Assembly: GCA_040954595.2 (NCBI GenBank)
Contig: CM082590.2
Span: 8,929,764-8,993,763, forward strand
Direction of reading: 5' to 3'
DNA: 64,000 nucleotides
From: Balanoglossus misakiensis
Lineage: Eukaryota; Animalia; Hemichordata
Below are positions 1 to 13,130 of this stretch, in pieces (position 1 is the first letter of the stretch; each line of letters begins with the position of its first letter). The notes beneath the pieces are model-generated. The model was given only the letters and a program-made list of their open reading frames with translations, did no database searches and was not told the DNA's origin. The position numbers and the translations under genes were made by a program.

Positions 1-1
1 T

Positions 2-758
2 AGAAACGTAGGCGACCAAAGCGAGGGGCGTAAGGTTGAAGTTCTAGAGGGCGCTACCCGGCAACTGGTGATCATCAGCCCTGGTGATTCTGTCTCCGAG
101 GAAGAAGAGACCGCGATTCCCCAACCGCAAGTCGCAGCACCAGTGACGAAGTCCGAACCGCCCGAGGAAGAGCCCTCACAGTACGGATCTGGATCCTACG
201 TTTCCCGCACACGGACAACTCTGATATCCAAATTCGGCGGAACTGTCAACCAGACGCAGCCAAGCGATCAAACATCCATCAGGAAAACTGAAGCGGATCT
301 GACCAATGCTGATCAGGTACGTATCAGAAATACCCGAGTAAATCTGTTGGTTTTTCCAGACCAAGTAGCATCGATTTAGCAGCAATAAAAAGACCCATCA
401 GCCCAGACTCAACTAGCCCACCAGTTCAATGTCAGTTTATTGTTCATTTATTTTGTTATCCAGGTATAATTTTCAAGACAGCTTGTCACAGTTGTAGCAT
501 GTAGATATAAAATTAATACATGTGCATTCACCAAAAAATACAAATTTTATTCCTACTGTAATTTTTGTCATGTTAGTCCCTTTATGTTAAATCCTAAATC
601 ACAAAAACACCAAATAATTGTTTATTGTTACTTTTTTTCAGTTACGTAAGGCCTACCTTCGCCAACAAGACGAAATTCGTCGACTGAAAGCTGAGGTGGC
701 GAGTCGCGACAGAAGAATACGACAACTAGAGAGTGAGTTGGAGGAACTGAGACAGTGA
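2..758 (+). CDS. CORO2: Coronin-2-like gene, 3' part: exon <2-316 (unique linker) and terminal exon 642-758 (C-terminal coiled coil)
   Basis: Frame is open from 2 to a phase-0 donor CAG|GTACGT at 316/317. After the acceptor tttttttcag at 641, the last exon reads LRKAYLRQQDEIRRLKAEVASRDRRIRQLESELEELRQ*. This resembles, from memory, the CORO2A/2B tail (FRQQDEIRRLKEELAQKDIRIRQL). Confidence 0.8.
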
Positions 759-946
759 GATTTCTTCTGCAACTGAGGCGTACGATCAAAGAAACGATCA
801 AAAATTGTAAATGATAGAAATTTTAGTTGGATTTTAGTGCATGTATCTGTTTTTAGTTAGTACGGAAGGAGACTGTGTCATACCAGCATTGTTTGATCTC
901 TTAACCAGGGTGTCGTAAAATGTTGTTCAGAAAATGACTGGGTGTA

Positions 947-1246
947 CAGGGCTCGACATACCAGTAAATGATTGTCCAGTTGTTTGGGTCAATGCAGACT
1001 GGAAATTTTTTGGCTATGTCAGCCAAGAGACATAATCTTTTTGAAACTTTCTATTGTAGTGTAGAGGGCACTTTGTTTTATCTAGTTTCTTCTTTAGTAC
1101 ATATTTTTTACTTTTTCTTTTTAATATCATTGTAAAAATATCAGTGTATTTTTTAGAAATCCACGACGGCTTGGATCTAAAACTTTTTTTCTGAAAGCTA
1201 AGGTTTTGTCCAGACAAGTGGTTTCATAAGTTGATGTCGAGCCCTG
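947..1246. mobile_element. ~300-bp non-autonomous TIR element (hAT-like CAGGG termini)
   Basis: Perfect 13-bp TIR CAGGGCTCGACAT...ATGTCGAGCCCTG; no intact 8-bp TSD visible. Confidence 0.6.
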
Positions 1247-2761
1247 TTAATCGTAAGCAAGCCACACTCTGATTTCTTCAGCCTTCTGTAAACCCACCCT
1301 CTGCAATTTCAGTTTGAACACCCCTACTCTGAACTTGGAATGATCCCACTTTCTGTAAAAGGAAGGCTGACTGGCAGATCAAATGTTTAAAAACATAAAA
1401 ACGTGTTTTTTTGTAAAATTGTCAATTCCAAGTATCGTTTTGTCAAGATATATTTTTGTACTTATTTTTCCGATGTTCATGCTTGCCAAGATGGTTGAGG
1501 AAATGAACAAGAAATCGAACAAACTGTCAAACCTAGTGACTACATGTCAATGGTCACTAGGGGTCAAAGATTTTGGATCATTGCGTTATGTTTCGTGTTC
1601 TTAATAATTTATATTTCTGTTTCTGTCCAGTGTAAATTTTACGACAGAGTTTTAATTGTTCTGGAAATCACAGAAATTCCTGTTGCCATAGTAATTTGAT
1701 CTTGTCAGAGTTGAGCAGACCAGCTACTCTTTTGGCAGAAGGCATGATATTGATTTGTGAAAAAGTTTTTTTTTAGATAAACTATAGCTAGATTAGAGTT
1801 TTTTCCATAAGCAGGGAAAATCTGGTTTTGTTCCCAGAACAATGTTGGTATGGGAATAACTATAAGAATCGCTGAATATTTGCAGGTTTGTGAAGTAATT
1901 TTTCTTTCAGTACAGAAATTAATTGAAGTGTGCTTGTCTTTGGAAGCTCTGGTATTGCACTAGCAAGCCGTAAAAATGAAATTTTTTGGCATTTTTTATT
2001 CTTAAAAGAGCTAAATTTCTTGCGTTTCATTGTATGTCAAGTTCATTTTGCATAATTTCAAGAAATTGATAAAAAAGAATGAGCATTTGTAGTATTAAAT
2101 TTTGGTCCCCTGTTTTGTTAAATAGCTAACAGATTAGAATACTTGTAATTTCTGTGACCAAATATGGAGTGGTGATGAATATTCATGAGCATATTTTACA
2201 TATTAATATGCAATTTAATGAGATAAATCATGATAAATTATGGAAATTGTCTGATATACAAATGAAATGTTCCAGGGCTGAATCCATATTTAGAAAATGT
2301 GAAAGTGCTCTCTTTAGCAAAATCTAAAGGCAATGACACCAGCAATTTGTTACTTCTTAAAAAATTTGGCACAAATGTTCGGCTGTTCTGTTTCAGGTCA
2401 ATGTACAAAATACTATAAATACTTTTAGTACCAACAGTTTAAATTTAGGTAATTTTAAGTTTGTCACCACACTTTCTGTTTATTCAAAGTCTAAAACATT
2501 TCAACCTTGTAGACTGTTCTTTTTATAATATTAACGAGCCAAGTATACCTCTGCTGTAATAGTGAGTAATTCCACAAACCGTTATCAATTTTTGTAAAAT
2601 GTTTAGTTTGAAAATATTTACTATGAGGTCATAGCAACTAATTTGCTAAGATTTACAGGAAATTTACCAGTTTATGTGTGTATATGTATTATGCTTTTCG
2701 CTTGCAAGATAGTTAACATTTTTCGAAATTAGTGGTTTAGTCTGTTAGTATTGATGTAATT

Positions 2762-2992
2762 TTAACCCTTTCACCACCATGGTTTTGGTCCAAATGCATT
2801 GTTTTCCATATCAAAGTCAGACCTCTATAAAGAGAAATGGGGGTGAAGGGGTTAATATGAGGGGCCTACTCGAAAACATAGTGCTCACCATCTTGTTTGC
2901 TTAACTCGTTCACCCCTGTTTTCTTCTTTAGAGGTCCAACCCTACCATAGAAAACAATGGGTTTGGACTGAACCATGGTGTGGAAGGGTTAA
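2762..2992. mobile_element. Two adjacent, oppositely oriented copies of the ~85-bp TTAA-flanked MITE
   Basis: TTAACCCTTTCACC...GGTGAAGGGGTTAA at 2762-2855 and a reversed, diverged copy at ~2901-2992. Confidence 0.75.
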
Positions 2993-3789
2993 AAAAACTG
3001 TCAAAATTCTCCAGATTTTTAGATGGGCAGCTATGTCACTTACTTTGGCCTTTCTGAAACAAAAATGGGAGATCACCATGCAAAATTTTGAATGAGTGTT
3101 TCAGCAAACTTTGAACAAAAAAATGTAGGAACTTTACCAGGCGTATACTACCTAAAACCACAGATAGCGAGATCTAGATAAGTATAGGTAGTCAAATTTG
3201 TTAATGTTAGAGAATCAATTTGAAAAAGTTAAGAAAACTTATCGAACAAACTATGTAATTTCAAGGTATCTGACCATACAGTTGGGAAAGATGACTTTGT
3301 GAATCAATATCTTTGAGTTGTTGCAATTTTCATGATGTAAATAGTACTAAATTCTTGTTTTAGCAGTTGATTAATTCTACTTCTTTGATCTATAACAAGC
3401 CAAGATTGTACTTTGTAAGTTTAACTCATGTATGCCAATGTCTGTACTTGCAGCATACTTAGTACTTGCTTGCGTTGCATATTAAATTTTGGAGAAACTG
3501 GACTCTAATTTGTTAGAGTAAGTCATTATATGGTTACTTTTGCAGTGTTTGCGAAACACGAAAAAGTTTTGTTACTGTATTAAGTACTCTTGCAAAGGCA
3601 GGGGTTTTGGGATCAAACTTAAGTCAATATTAAACTGTTCTTAGCTTACAATGTTGAATAAAACTTAATTTTGAGAGGAAAGACTTGTATGATGTCTGTT
3701 TCTAGATTATTTAGACTAAAGAGTGTTTATTAAAAGCCCTCACACACTCAAACATTTGACTTGAAAATCAGATCATTAATACAACTGAG

Positions 3790-4025
3790 GTTTGACTTGC
3801 ACAAAAGGCAGGCTTTTTACGTTGATAACTGTTGCAAGAGGGCGATCGTGACAATTTGACAACAGGAGAGGGTTGACTTGAACAAAAGGGAGAGTTTTAC
3901 GTTGATAACTGTTGCAAGAGGGCGATCGTGACAATTTGACAACAGGAGAGGGTTGACTTGAACAAAAGGGAGGCTTTTACGTTGATAACTGTTGCAAGAG
4001 GGCGCTCGTTATATCTTGACAACCG
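3790..4025. repeat. 80-bp tandem repeat, ~3 copies
   Basis: GTTGATAACTGTTGCAAGAGGGCG recurs at 3821, 3901 and 3981. Confidence 0.9.
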
Positions 4026-5469
4026 TTGCCAAGGCTTTACGATGACAGTACTGAACTTGTAAATCAAAGATTGAAACGACTATATTGAAACTCAACCTGC
4101 TCCTCGCCAACATAATTTGCCAGATTTGCGAGTTTATTTTTTTTAATATAACGTCTTGCTTTTCCAATCATTCATAAGTTTCTGCACTAATATGCATTGA
4201 TCTCAACGTTAGTCTTCCTTTACAAACAAATCTTTAAATAACCCTAGGATATATTGATTAGAAACGCTCGCGATTGTAGTGCCTTTACTATGTTTCTCTC
4301 GAATTCAATTCTACCTTTGAGGCTCTTAGACGCAAAGCAACGTTCAATTTCCATGAGCGTCTAAATAAGAGTGAAATGTACTCATTTTAACATTGAAAAC
4401 CACGCATACTCAGTTTTATTCCAAACGTATTTAAAATGTATAGAAGTATAATGCATTTTAAATTATTCATTTTTTTGCAACTTTTTATTACTGTTTTGTA
4501 TACATGTATGGGTTTTTGCGCACACTTTTTTGTCTTGCATATTTCCTGAAATAAAGTTATTACATGTATTATTATTTTAATTTCATGTACATGTACCAAA
4601 GTCGATAAATAAACTTTTATACCATGTAAAAAGTGGTGAGGGTCATGAAAATAGTACGATTTAACTAGTCTTAATTCATTACCCAAAGCTAAGGAGTCTG
4701 ACCATAGTCTTGAGTATTTTTCAGACTCTTTAGCTAGGTGAAAATAATCGCATGCGCTGGCTAGTCACGTGAGACGCAGTGATCAGCGAAAAAGGAAGCA
4801 TCAGCGCGTATCACCACTAGGGGCGCACTATTGACCTTTGACCTTAAACACACGTGTATCGTTTGTTTACATGTACTTGAGTACGGAGACGTCCTAGAAG
4901 TTCGCGTATAGCCCGAAATTGCCTCAAACTTTCACTAAATCCAATCTCCCGTGGTTTCTATATTGGTTGCCAAATCTTCACGCTTTGGGGTAGCAGACTG
5001 AATTCACAGGAAAACTGCGGTGAGATTCTATTTTTGCATCATTTGATATGATGTTGTTATGTTGACATTGCGAAGCTGCGCTAGTGCTATAGGGCATCCA
5101 ACAAGAGCATACTTGTATAGTAGTCAGTATAAAATCACACAGCCCGGCCCTGTCGATCAGAGATAAGGTTTAACGTAGCTGTCCAGCCTTCAGGGTTCGA
5201 AGGGGCCTGTCCGATTATGGCCACAGGCCCTCAAGTCAACCACTCGAAGCCCTACACTGATTACAACTGTTTACAATCTAGGGCTTCTTATGGTTACGCC
5301 CACTTCACTCCTACAACATCACACTCATGTTGTTTGAGTGAACGCATCAGAAATCCGTCATGTACTCCAATCCGCTGTCAGAACAGCTGATTCCTAAATC
5401 GTCGATAGCCAGACAGTCAGTGCGCGATAGTTTTCGGTTCTAAAATTATCCATGTTAATCGCCTGATTT

Positions 5470-6812
5470 TCAGAACAGGAAAAATTTCCAACTTTGCAAA
5501 CTTTGGTGAAATTGTGATCTGGGGACATTTTTCATGGGCTATAGCTCATGAAAATCGTCAGAACAAGAAAAATTTCCAACTTTGCAAACTTTGGTGAAAT
5601 TGTGATCTGGGGACAATTTTCATGGGCTATAGCTCATGACAATTGTCAGAACAGGAAAAATTTCCAACTTTGCAAACTTTGGTGAAATTGTGATGTGGGG
5701 ACATATTTTATGGGCTATAGCTGATGAAAATTGTCAGAACAGGAAAAATTCCCAACTTTGCAATCTTTGGTGAAATTGTGATCTGGGGACATATTTCATG
5801 GGCTATAGCTCATGAAAATTGTCAGGACAGGAAAAACTCCCAACTTTGCAAACTTTGGTGAAATTGTGATCTGGGGACATATTTCAGGGGCTATACCTCA
5901 TGAAAATTGTCAGGACAGGAAAAATTCCCCACTTTGCAAACTTTGAGGAGATTGTGATCTGGGGACATTTTTCATGGGTTATACCTCATGAAAATTGTCA
6001 GGACAGGAAAATTTCCCCACTTTGCAAACTTTGAGGAGATTGTGATCTGGGGACATTTTTCATGGGTTATACCTCATGAAAATTGTCAGGACAGGAAAAA
6101 TTCCCCACTTTGCAAACTTTGGTGAGATTGTGATCTGGGGACATTTTTCATGGGTTATACCTCATGAAAATTGTCAGGACAGGAAAAATTCCCCACTTTG
6201 CAAACTTTGAGGAGATTGTGATCTGGGGACATTTTTCATGGGTTATACCTCATGAAAATTGTCAGGACAGGAAAAATTCCCCACTTTGCAAACTTTGAGG
6301 AGATTGTGATCTGGGGACATATTTCATGGGTTATACCTCATGAAAATTGTCAGGACAGGAAAAATTCCCCACTTTGCAAACTTTGGTGAGATTGTGATCT
6401 GGGGACATTTTTCATGGGTTATACCTCATGAAAATTGTCAGGACAGGAAAAATTCCCCACTTTGCAAACTTTGGTGAGATTGTGATCTGGGGACACATTT
6501 CATGGGTTATACCTCATGAAAATTGTCAGGACAGGAAAAATTCCCCACTTTGCAAACTTTGGTGAAATTTTGATTTGGGGACATTTTTCATGGGCTATAG
6601 CTCATGAAAATTGTCAGAGCAGGAAAAATTCCCCACTTTGCAAACTTTGAGGAGATTGTGATCTGGGGACATTTTTCATGGGTTATACCTCATGAAAATT
6701 GTCAGGACAGGAAAAATTCCCCACTTTGCAAACTTTGGTGAGATTGTGATCTGGGGACACATTTCACGGGCTATAGCTCATGAAAATTGTCAGAGCAGGA
6801 AAAATTCCCAAC
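5470..6812. repeat. 88-bp minisatellite, ~15 copies
   Basis: GTCAGGACAGG anchor at 5821, 5909, 5997 ... 6261 ... 6701 (period 88); internal near-palindrome TTTTCATGGGCTATAGCTCATGAAAA. Confidence 0.95.
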
Positions 6813-7109
6813 CTCTGGAGGTTTAAATCTGTAGGTCATTTTGGGAAAAAAATGAGGTCAATCATACCAAAGCTCAGGATATACATAAATATAGGTCTAT
6901 GTTAGAAAAAAGTGGATACTTAAAACTGTGTTTTGGAGTAATGAGCCATTTCAAACTTTTATGCCGAACAAATTTTTTCAGAAAATTGTTAATGGTGAAA
7001 CAATTTCCAGCTTCATAAATTAAAAAAAATATATATACATGATGACTTAAATCTAACTCCAGACTAAGAACAATGTTTCTGTTCGATTTGTTTAAGTGCT
7101 GGCCCAATA

Positions 7110-10100
7110 GATGTAGATATTAATTCAAAATCTAACTGTATGTGCTGGGTTGCTAAGCAATAGCTGAGGCCAAGTGCTGTATGTTGTCATTTACATATGA
7201 AAGCATATGTACACTGACTATGCAGCGACTGTGTTGATCCTTCAGTATAGACTTACTTTCTTGTCGTTTTTCATAACTTTTGAAACTGTGTAGCCAGACC
7301 AAAGTTTGCTGACATGATTTCTAACATGCTAGCCCTTCTAGTAACCGTGTTTTTACTATTTAAACATTCAAACAAGAAGTATCCGGTCAAATTTTCTACC
7401 ATCCAAAATGCATTGATGTCTACGCTGTCCATTGTTTATCAATGTCCACAGTGGCACGCCCCCTTTACTTACCAGTGGCAATACTCAAGAAAACTCGCTG
7501 TTTAATTCAGACCGAAGCTGTAAATGTGTGCGAAATTATCACCATTTAGTTCGTTTTGATTTAAAGGGGACTTTAAAGCAAAAACTGGGGAAATCGACCG
7601 AGATTTGAGCAAACGGCGACGCGTTCTTTCGTACTTGTGCGAGTGTCCGTGTTTATTTCATTGGCGTCCATTGATACTGTTGTTGAAAATCCGCGTATTT
7701 AAAATCACTTTCGTTCAAACTATTTCTGGTTCCTGGCTCTATTTTTTGTGTCAAAGTAATGCCCATGCAATAATCATTTAGAAAAGTGTATAGACTAAGG
7801 GCTAGAGTACTTTGCCATTTCTGTAATCGAAATTTAATGTGCCGCTGTTTGCGTGTTGATAGCGGCGACTGACTCTGTCTCCATAGGATTACACGCGTCC
7901 ACCGTCGCTGATCACCAGCGCCGATCGCCGATTGAAGTGAAATTTCCTGTAGAAACCAATGTTTCCCTAAGATTTTTCCTGAACTATAATATGGCCCGAT
8001 ATGTATACACTTCATGAAACTTAAAGTACAAGCTCTAGCAACTTCTCAAGAAATGTAATCGCCGGTTTTCTGTGTGTGATGTTGGTTTCCCGACTTCGCG
8101 TATTTCAATATACGCCGTGTCCATTGTTTATCAATGTCCACAGTGACACGCCCCCTTTATTTACCAGTGGCAATGCTCATGAAAACTCGCTGTTTAATTC
8201 AGACCGAAGCTGTAAATGTGTGCGAAATTATCACCAATCGCTTTGTTTTGATTTAAAGGGGACTTAAAAGCAAAAACTGAGAAAATCGACCAAGATTTGA
8301 GCAAACGACGACGCGTTCTTTCATACTTGTGAGTGGCCGTGTTTATTTCATTGGCGTCCATTGATACTGTTGTTGAAAATCCACGTGTTTAAAGTCACTT
8401 TCATTCAAAATATTTCTGGTTCCTGGCTTTATTTTTTGTGTCAAAGTAAGATCCATGCAATAATCTTTTAGAAAAGTGTATAGACTAAAGGGCTAGAGTA
8501 CTTTGTCTTTTCTGTAATCGAAATTTAATGTGCCGCTGTTTGCGTGTTGATATCGGCGGCCGACTCGGTCTCCATAGGATTACACGCGTCCACCGTCGCT
8601 GATCACCAGCGCCTATCGCCGATTGAAGTGAAATTTCCTGTAGAAACCAAAGTTTCCCTAAGATTTTTCCTGGACTACAATATGGCCCGATATGTATACA
8701 CTTCATGAAACTTAAAGTACAAGCTCTAGCAACTTCTCCAGAAATGTAATCGCCGGTTTTCTGTGTGTGATGTTGGTTTCCCGACTTCGCGTATTTCAAT
8801 ATACGCGGTGTCCATTGTTTATCAATGTCCACAGTGACACGCCCCCTTTACTTACCAGTGGCAATACTCACGAAAACTCGCTGTTTAATTCAGACCGAAG
8901 CTGTAAATGTGTGCGAAATTATCACCAATCGCTTTGTTTTGATTTAAAGAAGACTTAAAAGCAAAAACTGGGGAAATCGAGAGAGATTTGAGCAATCGGT
9001 GATGCGTTCTTTCGACCTCTCGTCAGCGGCCGTGTTCCTATCATGGACGTCCATGATACTGTTGTTGACAATCCACGTTTTCACTTTCACTACAAAAAAT
9101 CCGGTTCCTGACTCTATTTTTTGTGTCAAAGTAATGCCCATGCAATAATCATTTAGAAAAGTGTATAGACTAAGGGCTAGAGTACTTTGCCATTTCTGTA
9201 ATCGAAATTTAATGTGCCGCTGTTTGCGTGTTGATAGCGGCGACTGACTCTGTCTCCATAGGATTACACGCGTCCACCGTCGCTGATCACCAGCGCCGAT
9301 CGCCGATTGAAGTGAAATTTCCTGTAGAAACCAATGTTTCCCTAAGATTTTTCCTGAACTATAATATGGCCCGATATGTATACACTTCATGAAACTTAAA
9401 GTACAAGCTCTAGCAACTTCTCAAGAAATGTAATCGCCGGTTTTCTGTGTGTGATGTTGGTTTCCCGACTTCGCGTATTTCAATATACGCCGTGTCCATT
9501 GTTTATCAATGTCCACAGTGACACGCCCCCTTTATTTACCAGTGGCAATGCTCATGAAAACTCGCTGTTTAATTCAGACCGAAGCTGTAAATGTGTGCGA
9601 AATTATCACCAATCGCTTTGTTTTGATTTAAAGGGGACTTAAAAGCAAAAACTGAGAAAATCGACCAAGATTTGAGCAAACGACGACGCGTTCTTTCATA
9701 CTTGTGAGTGGCCGTGTTTATTTCATTGGCGTCCATTGATACTGTTGTTGAAAATCCACGTGTTTAAAGTCACTTTCATTCAAAATATTTCTGGTTCCTG
9801 GCTTTATTTTTTGTGTCAAAGTAAGATCCATGCAATAATCTTTTAGAAAAGTGTATAGACTAAAGGGCTAGAGTACTTTGTCTTTTCTGTAATCGAAATT
9901 TAATGTGCCGCTGTTTGCGTGTTGATATCGGCGGCCGACTCGGTCTCCATAGGATTACACGCGTCCACCGTCGCTGATCACCAGCGCCTATCGCCGATTG
10001 AAGTGAAATTTCCTGTAGAAACCAAAGTTTCCCTAAGATTTTTCCTGGACTACAATATGGCCCGATATGTATACACTTCATGAAACTTAAAGTACAAGCT

Positions 10101-11800
10101 CTAGCAACTTCTCCAGAAATGTAATCGCCGGTTTTCTGTGTGTGATGTTGGTTTCCCGACTTCGCGTATTTCAATATACGCGGTGTCCATTGTTTATCAA
10201 TGTCCACAGTGACACGCTCCCTTTACTTACCAGTGGCAATACTCACGAAAACTCGCTGTTTAATTCAGACCGAAGCTGTAAATGTGTGCGAAATTATCAC
10301 CAATCGCTTTGTTTTGATTTAAAGAAGACTTAAAAGCAAAAACTGGGGAAATCGAGAGAGATTTGAGCAATCGGTGATGCGTTCTTTCGACCTCTCGTCA
10401 GCGGCCGTGTTCCTATCATGGACGTCCATGATACTGTTGTTGACAATCCACGTTTTCACTTTCACTACAAAAAATCCGGTTCCTGACTCTATTTTGTGTG
10501 TGTCAAAGTAATGTCCATGCAATAATCTTTTAGAAAAGTGAATAGACTAAGGGCTAGAGTACTTTGTCGTTTCTGTAATCCGAATTTCATGTGCCACTGT
10601 TTGCGTGTTGATATCGGCGACTGACTCTGTCTCCATAGGATTACACGCGTCACCGTCGCTGATCATCAGCGCCTATCGCCGATTGAAGTGAAATTTCCTG
10701 TAGAAACCAATGTTTCCCTAAGATTTTTCCTGAACTACAATATGGCCCGATATGTATACACTTCATGTAACTTAAAGTACAAGCTCTAGCAACTTCTCCA
10801 GAAATGTAGATATTAATTCAATATCTAACTGTATGTGCTGGGTTGCTCAGCAATAGCTGAGGCCAAGCGCTATATGTTGTCATTTACATATGAAAGCATA
10901 TGTACACTGACTACTAGTATGCAGCGACTGTGTTGATCCTTCAGTATAGACTTACTTTCTTGTCGTTTTTCATAACTTTTGCAACTGTGTAGCCAGACCA
11001 AAATTTGCTGACATGATTTCTAACATGCTAGCCCTTCTAGTAACCGTGTTTTTACTATTTAAACATTCAAACAAGAAGTATCCGGTCAAATTTTCTACCA
11101 TCATAAATGGATTGTAAATAGAAATTGACACGAGGTCACCCGTAGACGCATGGAGGTACCCCCATGATAAACGCGACTCGCGGAGAGAAACAGTGAGTAT
11201 TTTCAATGTTACCGTGAATGTGTGGTACGATTTATATTGCCGTTGCAAAGAGAAACTGTCAGAAAACAGAACAGCATGACACAGACGTTTACAATCGTGA
11301 AATTAAAAGAGAGAAGGACCTCTGAAGTTATCCGAAATCTCTGCCATTGACGCCATTGTTGTTTACGCGTATACTCTATCCATTGTTTATCAATGTCCAT
11401 AGTGACACGCCCCCCTTTTATACCAGTGGCAATACTCACGAAAACTCGCTGTTTAATTCAGACAGAACTCGTAAATGTTTACGCAGTTATCACTATTCGA
11501 TTTGTTTTGATGTAAAGAAGTTTGGTAAGCAAAAACTGAGAAAATCGACAGAGTACTTCGCCATTTCTGCCACTGTTTACGTGTTGATAGCGGCGGTCGA
11601 CTCTGTCTCCATAGGATTACACGCGTCCACCGTCGCTGATCATCAGCGCCGATCGCCGATTGAAGTGAAATTTCCAGTAGAATCTAAAGATTTATTGTAG
11701 ACTACATATAGCCCTATGTGTATACGCTTTATTGTTACTAAAGTACAAGCTCTAGCCACTTCTCCGGAAATGTAATCTCTGTTTTTCGCGAGTGTTGGAT
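7110..11800. repeat. ~690-bp tandem array with 1375-bp higher-order dimer, bracketed by a duplicated ~290-bp segment
   Basis: CCATTGTTTATCAATGTCCA at ~7429, 8120, 8811, 9495, 10186 and 11380. Identical ORF-track peptides recur 1375 bp apart (8076/9451, 8485/9860). 7110-7402 is duplicated at ~10804-11102. Confidence 0.95.
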
Positions 11801-11985
11801 GCCCTATACTTAGCGTGTTTACTTCCGTGTTGTCAATTTCAGTGGAGGTGATAGTTGGGGCGCATGCGCAGTACAGAGACGGACTTAGTGATAGACGCTT
11901 TCCCACGTGTGTTGGTTGCCCTATACTTTAGCGTGTTAGTTGATACGCATGCGCAGTGCAGTAGACAGACTTAGTGTTAGATGTA
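11790..11985. repeat. Short two-copy direct repeat with CGCATGCGCA (NRF1-like) cores
   Basis: GTGTTGG(A/T)TGCCCTATACTT(T)AGCGTGTT and CGCATGCGCAGT...GACTTAGTG each occur twice. Confidence 0.7.
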
Positions 11986-12394
11986 TTCAAAGTTTTCCCT
12001 GAAGTTGAAACACACTTTAGCTTTGTTATTTCGCGTAGTTTTCAGTTTAAGAGGCTTTTATAGAGTTTAAGCCGGTCTGTTGAAAGCTAACGTGTAGAAT
12101 ACCTGTTATTTTGAGCAGTGTTTGTTCATTTTTCGATTTTTACTGATTTTATTATGATGTGTGACTGTACTTTATTTCCTTTATCAGTAAATGAGATTAA
12201 ATTCTATAAAATGGAATTTCATTGTCACATTGTGCATTTCTTAGCTTGTTGTGTAAACGATGATTTTACTTTTACAATCTGAAAAAAGAGTGCAGTAAAC
12301 ATAGAGTTTGTGTTTTTTTCCAGATTGTAAATTTTAAAATCTCTTACATTACAAGAGCAATGCTTACGGTATGAAGAGAGTGAGTGTTTTGTTT

Positions 12395-13130
12395 GTCTGA
12401 TTTCAATTTTTTTTATTGTAGATGAAATTTATCAGTAGCCCTTTACACCGTGTGTTCTGTACTTTTACAGAATTTTGCAATTTTTCACATTTTCATTGCT
12501 TTAGCTGTTAAAATAATGGAAAATTCATTGTTTTAAGCAAACCAGCCAATTCCTTCAAAATTACAGATATTTTCATCATTACCAAAAACTTCAATTCTTT
12601 CAAAATGACAGGTATTTCCATTATTTTTACCAAAAATCAAATTCCGTTAACATTTTTTTTATCAAAATAGGCATCTCTTTCACAAAAATAGGCATTTCTT
12701 ACCAAATTTAATGTTTTTTTTCATTATTTTTTCCGAAATAGCTATTTCTTCAACCGAAATAGCCATTTTTTCCAAAATTACATGTATTTTTCCTTATTTT
12801 CACCAAAAAAGCCATTTCGATCACTAAAATACCCATTTCTTACAAATTAAAGGTCAGTTTAACCATTAAAGTTCCAAATTTACATGCCTTTTCCACTATT
12901 TTCACCAAAATAGCCATTTTAATCACTAAAATACCCATTTCTTTCAAAATTAAGGTCATTTCAACCATTTTAACAGCTAAAAGCAATGCGAATGATGTAA
13001 AAAGTTGTAAAATTACTGGTTGCACTGTAAAAAGTACAGTAAAATGCAGTACACACACACTGATAAAGGAGCAACTGACAAATTTCATCGATAAAAAAAA
13101 AAAATCACCAGAAAAAAATTTGAAATCGGC
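12395..13130. mobile_element. Foldback-like element: diverged inverted arms around degenerate short internal repeats
   Basis: ~12395-12525 (GATGAAATTT...CATTGCTTTAGCTGTTAAAAT) is the reverse complement of ~12960-13130. The interior carries repeated CACCAAAATAGCCATTT-like units. Confidence 0.65.

Larger units (their letters stand above)
759..3680 (+). other. Probable long 3' UTR of the coronin gene
   Basis: T-rich non-coding tract after the stop codon; AATAAA at ~3657-3662 followed by a TG-rich stretch. Confidence 0.45.

Noticed and set aside
5470-6812. CRISPR-like array of palindromic repeats
   Set aside because: The whole 88-bp unit repeats, so there are no unique spacers; no cas genes; eukaryotic context.
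7880-7960. Hammerhead or other ribozyme in the 690-bp unit
   Set aside because: The hairpin CGCTG-ATCAC-CAGCG is present, but the CUGANGA/GAAA core with three stems could not be built.
7653-10522. Repeated 63-148-aa ORFs in the 690-bp array
   Set aside because: Frames break differently between monomers and no domain is recognisable; they are by-products of the repeat.
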